A DNA stretch of 64,000 nt from Bacteroidia bacterium (GTDB lineage: Bacteria > Bacteroidota > Bacteroidia > NS11-12g > UBA9320), in the NCBI GenBank assembly GCA_965216465.1, contig CBDCFW010000006.1:864001-928000 (forward strand), written 5' to 3'. The translations under genes were made by a program, and so were the position numbers. Numbering within the stretch: position 1 is the stretch's first letter; each line of letters starts with the position of its first letter. Below are positions 58,685-64,000 of the stretch, one piece after another. A model generated the notes under the pieces. The model was not told the origin of the DNA. It did no database searches and saw nothing but the letters and a program-made list of their open reading frames with translations.

Positions 58685-60619
58685 ATGCTAAATGTTATGA
58701 TACTTAAAAGAACACAGAAGATTTTTTTACAAGGTAAAAGACTTTTATTACTAATTCCAGCTGTACTTTTTATGATGAGTACTGCTTTTACTCAAACTAC
58801 TACAAACTGTAAGTCTGACTTTGAATTTGATATTAACCACAATACCAAAACAGTTGAATTCAAAGCAAGATCAAATAAGCAGCCTGCGGTTTTTGCATTC
58901 AAACTTGGCGATGGTAACTTTAAAAGAGGCCAGCACATTAAGCACACTTATGCTAGTGCAGGATCTTATACTGTTACGCTTACTACCATCGCTTTTGATA
59001 GTGTTGCCAACCAGCGATGCACCACTCAGGTTAGAAAGAAAGTTGAAATCGTAGATTGTGATCGTCTGAAGGTTGCTTTTAAGTATGAAGTTGATGGTTT
59101 AACTGTAAAGCTAAAAGGTGAAGCTAATAGCAATGCAGTTCATACTGGATTCAAGTTCGGAGATGGACATGGATCAAGAAAAGATGAAGTAAAACACACA
59201 TACGCAAAACCAGGTGTTTATGTGGTATGTTATGTTGCAGAAGACACGGTGCATGGTTGTCGACAAGAAGTATGCAAGCGCATTGTAATAACTGCTCCTT
59301 GTAAACTAGAAGCGAAGTTCGAATACAGACAAGAGCAAAACGACTTTAAGTTTATTGCAAAGGCTAATGATTCTCCAGCTCGTTTCCTTTGGAACTTTGG
59401 AGATGGTGAAAAAGGTCACGGTGACGAAATAAAGCACAGCTACGATAAACCAGGTATTTATGAAGTATGCTTAACTGTATATGCCCTAAACGCTACTAAC
59501 GATAAAGTGTGCACAACACGAGTGTGTAAGAAAGTAATTGTGAAGCCAGATAACGATTGTGGATTACGTGCGAACTTCTTATACAGACAGCACAAAAATG
59601 ACTTCAAATTTGAAGCAAAGGCAAACGATTCTAACGCTCGATTCTCTTGGACCTTTGGTGATGGAGAAACTGCAAAAGGAAAAGAAGTTAAACATTCATA
59701 CGACGAGCCAGGAACCTATCTAGTATGCTTAACAGTATATGCTAAGTCAAATGATAGCTTGAATCAAATCTGTTCTACAAAAGTTTGTAAGCGTGTTGTT
59801 ATCGAGAAGCCTGAATGTAAATTGGAAGGTGATTTTAGAATTACAACTTCAGGACTTCACCTTAAAGTTGAAGCTAAAGCAAATAATGATAACGTACATT
59901 ACTTCTGGACATTTGGCGACGGATCAGATGCTACAGGTCAAAGAGCACGACATAAATACACCAAACCAGGAGTTTATGAAGTTTGTCTGATTATCTTCAA
60001 CCCTAAAACTAAATGTAAAGTATGTATCTGCAAGAAGATTGTGGTAGAGAAGCCATGCAGATTAAAGGCTCAAATTGTAACTCGAATCGATCAAGATAAG
60101 GTTTATGTTAGAGCAAGAACAAATGCATCTCGTTTCAGCACTTATAAGTGGGATTTCGGTGACGGAACAACAGCCACAGGTCAAAGAGCTAGACATCAGT
60201 ATACCAAGAAAGGTGTTTATGTAATTACCCTTTCAATCTATGATCGTAAAAAAGGATGCAAAATTGAAGTTCAAAAAAGAGTAATCATTGGACGCCAACA
60301 GCAAAGTGTTTTGCTTACGACAGAAGCTGAAGATAATGATCTAATCAACATTGAAGAGCCTATAAACACTCAGGATTTAAGACCAGAAGTTTGGGAAGCT
60401 AAAGTGTCTCCAAGTCCTGCAAGAAATTCAGTTAGAATCAGTTCTGACGATAAGGACCTCTCAAGTGTGGAAGTATACGCTTTAGATGGGTCGAAAGTAA
60501 TCGACTCTAACGACAACCTCAGCAGTATTGATATCTCATTGTTACAAAAAGGGTTTTACTACGCCCATGTAACTGCAACAGATGGAACTACTACCATTGT
60601 GAAATTCCTAAAGGATTAG
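58685..60619 (+). CDS. Cys-rich, Lys-rich protein with 6 PKD repeats and a T9SS type A CTD
   Basis: Six (F/W)x(L/F)GDG...H.Y..PG.Y.VCL-type units; SPSPA..GFYY..KFLK C-terminus. Confidence 0.85.
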   Translation: MLNVMILKRTQKIFLQGKRLLLLIPAVLFMMSTAFTQTTTNCKSDFEFDINHNTKTVEFKARSNKQPAVFAFKLGDGNFKRGQHIKHTYASAGSYTVTLTTIAFDSVANQRCTTQVRKKVEIVDCDRLKVAFKYEVDGLTVKLKGEANSNAVHTGFKFGDGHGSRKDEVKHTYAKPGVYVVCYVAEDTVHGCRQEVCKRIVITAPCKLEAKFEYRQEQNDFKFIAKANDSPARFLWNFGDGEKGHGDEIKHSYDKPGIYEVCLTVYALNATNDKVCTTRVCKKVIVKPDNDCGLRANFLYRQHKNDFKFEAKANDSNARFSWTFGDGETAKGKEVKHSYDEPGTYLVCLTVYAKSNDSLNQICSTKVCKRVVIEKPECKLEGDFRITTSGLHLKVEAKANNDNVHYFWTFGDGSDATGQRARHKYTKPGVYEVCLIIFNPKTKCKVCICKKIVVEKPCRLKAQIVTRIDQDKVYVRARTNASRFSTYKWDFGDGTTATGQRARHQYTKKGVYVITLSIYDRKKGCKIEVQKRVIIGRQQQSVLLTTEAEDNDLINIEEPINTQDLRPEVWEAKVSPSPARNSVRISSDDKDLSSVEVYALDGSKVIDSNDNLSSIDISLLQKGFYYAHVTATDGTTTIVKFLKD

Positions 60620-60647
60620 ATCTGTCAGGGTTAAACAGATCTATATT

Positions 60648-60677
60648 AAGAGCCATCGTATTGATGGCTCTTTTTTT
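60648..60677. terminator. Intrinsic terminator between convergent genes
   Basis: AAGAGCCATC-GTATT-GATGGCTCTT + T tract. Confidence 0.8.
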
Positions 60678-62322
60678 ATGGGTTTATTCCAAGTTCGTCT
60701 AAACCTTGTTTGAATACTACATCAACAGGGATGTTTTCATTTTGCAAGCGATCGAGATCACTTTGCAAAACAGCTCCAATATCTCCATCTTTAGCCATTA
60801 ATGCCTCAACACCGGCCTTGTCGCCATCGCCTTGAAGCTTCAAAATAATTTCAGATAGACCAGCAATTGCCTTTTTCATGTTGTCCATGTTCACAGCATA
60901 CTCTCCATCATCATTGCGGGGTAAACGCCTCTTGCTGCTGGAAGTAGTTAAATCTCAACATGTTGGCCTTTCCATGTGCACTACTAGCACCGAAACGGAC
61001 AGATCTAAATATACCAGCCATGAATGTTACATAATAATCTTCCAATTCACCTTCTTCAAGTACGCCTTGCTCTTTTAATTGAGTAACCATGTAAAGACCA
61101 AGTATATCAGCTTTTCCTTCTTCTAAAGCACTGTATTGATCTCCTAGAGCTTCTCTTACCAAACCATTACCATTGATAGTGGTTTTGATTCCCAAACCAT
61201 GGGCTACTTCATGAAACATGGTATTGCTAAAAAACGCGTTAAAAGTGATGTGTTTTCGTTGCTCTTCAACAATAAGAATTTCTGAAATAGGAAGTAATAT
61301 ATGGTCAAATTTGGCCTTCATGGCGTTTTTTAATTGACTTCTTCTTGTTCCATATTCTACTTGAATTGCCTCATCGTTCGGCAGGTTAACAGCAATGGTC
61401 TTACTACCTGCATTGCAATCTCCAGCAGCATAGAAAATTACATCCGTACGCATTTAGTTGAGCAGCATCGCTATTTGGAGTTTTCTTGTTTGTATGCTTC
61501 ATCGACAGGTAGGTTAGCTTGCAATTCTGGCAGGTAAGAAATATACTTTTCTAGCTTCTTACTCCATGCTTTATCTTTAACCAAAATATAAGCTTCATAC
61601 GCCGTTCTGTAATTGTAAAGCTTGTCTTCATAATGTTCTATGGGACCAATAATGACATCAAGAGTATTATTTCTCATGTTGATCCAGGCAATGTCACTTT
61701 CATCAAATTGATCAGTTAAAAGGGCTTCTGCTCTTAGAACCAAATAATTTTTTAATTCTGGATCTTCACAAATATCTGCTGCAGCCTGCAGGTGATCTGC
61801 AGCTTTGGTTAACTCATCTTTGAAATACTCATGATAAGGAATGGTATGAATCTTTCCCATTTCATCTCTTCTAACCATAGAATAAAGACCTTTTTCATCA
61901 GGAAGACCGAGTTCTTCAAATTCTTCTTTGGTCATATCAGCAGGATAGATATTTGATCCTTTAGGCTTTTCTTCAACATTATCTAGAAACCGGTGCATCG
62001 CCGTTCAATCGGTCCCAAGGTCCGTAGTTAATTTCAGCAAAGTCTCGCAATTCTGGATTATGAATGGTTGCGAGCAACTCTTTTTTATCACCATATGCTT
62101 GCTTCCAAAAAAGCTCATTCATGATATCAGCTGCGGCAAACAGATGAAGGTAACATTTTGAATTTCACTTTCGCTTAATGCAGAAAGATCAGTGGTTAAT
62201 TGTACTGGGATGTAAGAAGTTAGCGAGCTCATATCGGCATTGTAATATTCGTCGTCAGCAACTTGATTACAAGATGCAACTACTAGTAAAAGTAAAACTA
62301 AAAATGAAGAATACTTGGTCAT
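60676..62322 (-). pseudogene. Peptidase M49/dipeptidyl-peptidase III-like zinc hydrolase lipoprotein, broken by about six +1 insertions (probably sequencing errors)
   Basis: Fragments join into lipobox VASC, INYGPWDRL, YPADMTKEEF, GPIE.YED, AVNLPND, HEVAHGLG, EEGKAD. Confidence 0.75.
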
Positions 62323-62424
62323 AATACTGCGATATTAACGAATATTTATTGTTTTTACTCTTTGATAGTGAATTAGTTATGTAAAAAAATTAAATTCGCG
62401 CTCCCATAAACAAACCATTTTAAA

Positions 62425-62719
62425 ATGTTTGGATTAAATAAGATTAAGGAAGCTAAACAAAAGGCAGAAGAGATGAAAATTAAACTGGCTGCCATGAATT
62501 TTAAAGGAGAATCACTGAACGGTTATGGTTACCATTCAATGCACCGGACGGAGAAAAACTTTCACTCGTTGGAAATTAACGATAGCATATTTAAAATTCG
62601 TCCAAGAGAAGATGTTCAACAAATGATTCTGGGAAGCTATAAAAGAGGCCCAAGAAAAAGCAGATCAGGCGATTAAGACTGAAATGGCTGAAATCATGCC
62701 GAATATTCCTGGATTATAG
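62425..62719 (+). pseudogene. YbaB/EbfC nucleoid-associated protein, frameshifted (probably sequencing errors)
   Basis: K.KEAKQKAEEMK, G.VTI.C.G, EA..EAQEKA...MPNIPGL recovered across frames. Confidence 0.7.
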
Positions 62720-63060
62720 TTTTAGCTCTTCCGAGGGGTCCCAAAAGTGGTCAGAAAAGTTTACAACCTGATTATCTTTTACTTCGATTCCCTCTTGTTT
62801 TAACAAATCTTCCATCATGGTCGGTGTCGAAAACTGAGCCTTAGCTGTGAGTAGACCGTTGCGATTCACCACACGATGAGCAGGAAGAGGGAGGGTCAAC
62901 GCGATAAGCATTGTTCATGGCCCATCCCACCATTCTTGCAGACTTAGCCGCACCGAGATACTTGCCAATAGCTCCATACGAGGTTACTCTGCCTTCAGGA
63001 ATTTAATCGGGCAACTTGATAAACCATTTCGAAAAATGAATCGTTATTGTTTTTAGGCAT
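62714..63060 (-). pseudogene. MGMT-family alkyltransferase-like (ATL) protein, two +1 frameshifts (probably sequencing errors)
   Basis: FFEMVYQVARLIPEGRVTSYGAI..ARMVGWAM..PAHRVVN across frames. Confidence 0.75.
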
Positions 63061-63162
63061 AGTATTTGAGCGTTAACTGTTAATCTTGCAAGCAACGTAT
63101 CTAAACAATGATGCATCTTTGCATATAATTATATTTGTACAAAATAAATAATCAAGATATAG

Positions 63163-64000
63163 ATGATAAAACATTTGTTCCTTCTAATTGGCTTTTTTAC
63201 TTTAAATTTTGCTTCCGCACAGACCTATGATATTGCCGTAAAAATTAACGGACTGTCATGCGAAAGTGAGCTCCTGCTTGCAAACCACTTTGCTGATAAG
63301 CAATACTTAAGAGATACTTCTGAATGTATTGACGGAGTATTTCATTTTAGAGGAAATAAAACTTTAGAGAGTGGGGTGTACCTTGTGGTACTCCCCGATA
63401 AAAACTACTTCGAATTTCTAGTATCTCGCGATGAAAACCAGAATAACTACTATTTCGAAGCAGATACATTCTTAAGTGTAAAAACGATGGTTACCAGGGG
63501 TTCAAGAGAAAATGAGCTTTTTCATAACTTTAACCTTTTTGCCGCCGATAAAGGACGAAGAGCTGGGGAAATTCAAACCAAGCTCAAAGACCCTGAGACT
63601 TCAGATGACGACAAGAAAAAGTTAGGTGAAGAGCTTCGTGGAATCGCAAGTGAAGTTGCGATTGAGCGAAATAAAATAGCTGAAGAAAACCCGAACATGT
63701 TCATTGGTCGATTGTACAAGTCAATGGAAGATGTTGCCCTCGCTGATGTTCCAGAAACAGTGAACGAAGAAGATGAGCAAACGTACAGATATTTATGGAA
63801 TAGAAATCACTATTGGGACAACGTAAATTTGGGTGAAGATGGGTTAGTAAGATCCCCAGTGTTTCATAACAAGCTTAAGTATTTCGTCGACAATTTTATG
63901 CCTCCATTGCCTGATACTGCCATAATGATTACAGATTGGTTAATCAACAAAATTGAGGCTGCAGGCAGCGATGCACAGTATAAGTATACGGTGCAATATC
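63163..64000 (+). CDS. Exported DUF4369/DUF5106-like protein, probably a TlpA redoxin (3' truncated by window edge)
   Basis: Open frame MIKHLFLL..., signal peptide, KQYLRDT, GVYLVV, SRENELF, HYWDNV...LVRSP; the redoxin domain would lie beyond the window. Confidence 0.65.
   Translation, partial: MIKHLFLLIGFFTLNFASAQTYDIAVKINGLSCESELLLANHFADKQYLRDTSECIDGVFHFRGNKTLESGVYLVVLPDKNYFEFLVSRDENQNNYYFEADTFLSVKTMVTRGSRENELFHNFNLFAADKGRRAGEIQTKLKDPETSDDDKKKLGEELRGIASEVAIERNKIAEENPNMFIGRLYKSMEDVALADVPETVNEEDEQTYRYLWNRNHYWDNVNLGEDGLVRSPVFHNKLKYFVDNFMPPLPDTAIMITDWLINKIEAAGSDAQYKYTVQY

Overview
AT-rich chromosomal segment from a Bacteroidota bacterium. The assignment rests on a short RpoD lacking region 1.1, TAnnTTTG -7 promoter boxes, three type IX secretion (T9SS)-sorted proteins and an ExbB-hyp-ExbD-ExbD operon. 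Most genes are housekeeping or envelope genes (icd, rpoD, SAM-I riboswitch-metB-hom, rplY, prs, tRNA-Gln, recQ, kpsF, tag, tdk, comEC, tatD, tRNA-Ser, panD, radA, ispB-like). No transposase, integrase or CRISPR array was seen. The most interesting elements are: (1) at the left edge, an overlapping operon of a ThiF-nitroreductase di-domain enzyme, a putative N-acyltransferase and a 7TM-DISM sensor kinase, a candidate acyl-amino-acid/oxazolone signal synthesis-and-sensing module; (2) two ECF sigma modules whose promoters can be read from duplicated motifs, one with a dual-membrane-spanning anti-sigma and an apparent remote target (a Cys-rich PKD T9SS protein); (3) a 102-bp tandem repeat behind tRNA-Ser; (4) an NqrB/RnfD-like + DUF2330 gene pair. 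Two zones (about 14.9-15.6 kb and 60.9-63.0 kb) carry clustered extra bases that break genes, probably sequencing errors. All family assignments come from motif recognition by eye; no database searches were run.
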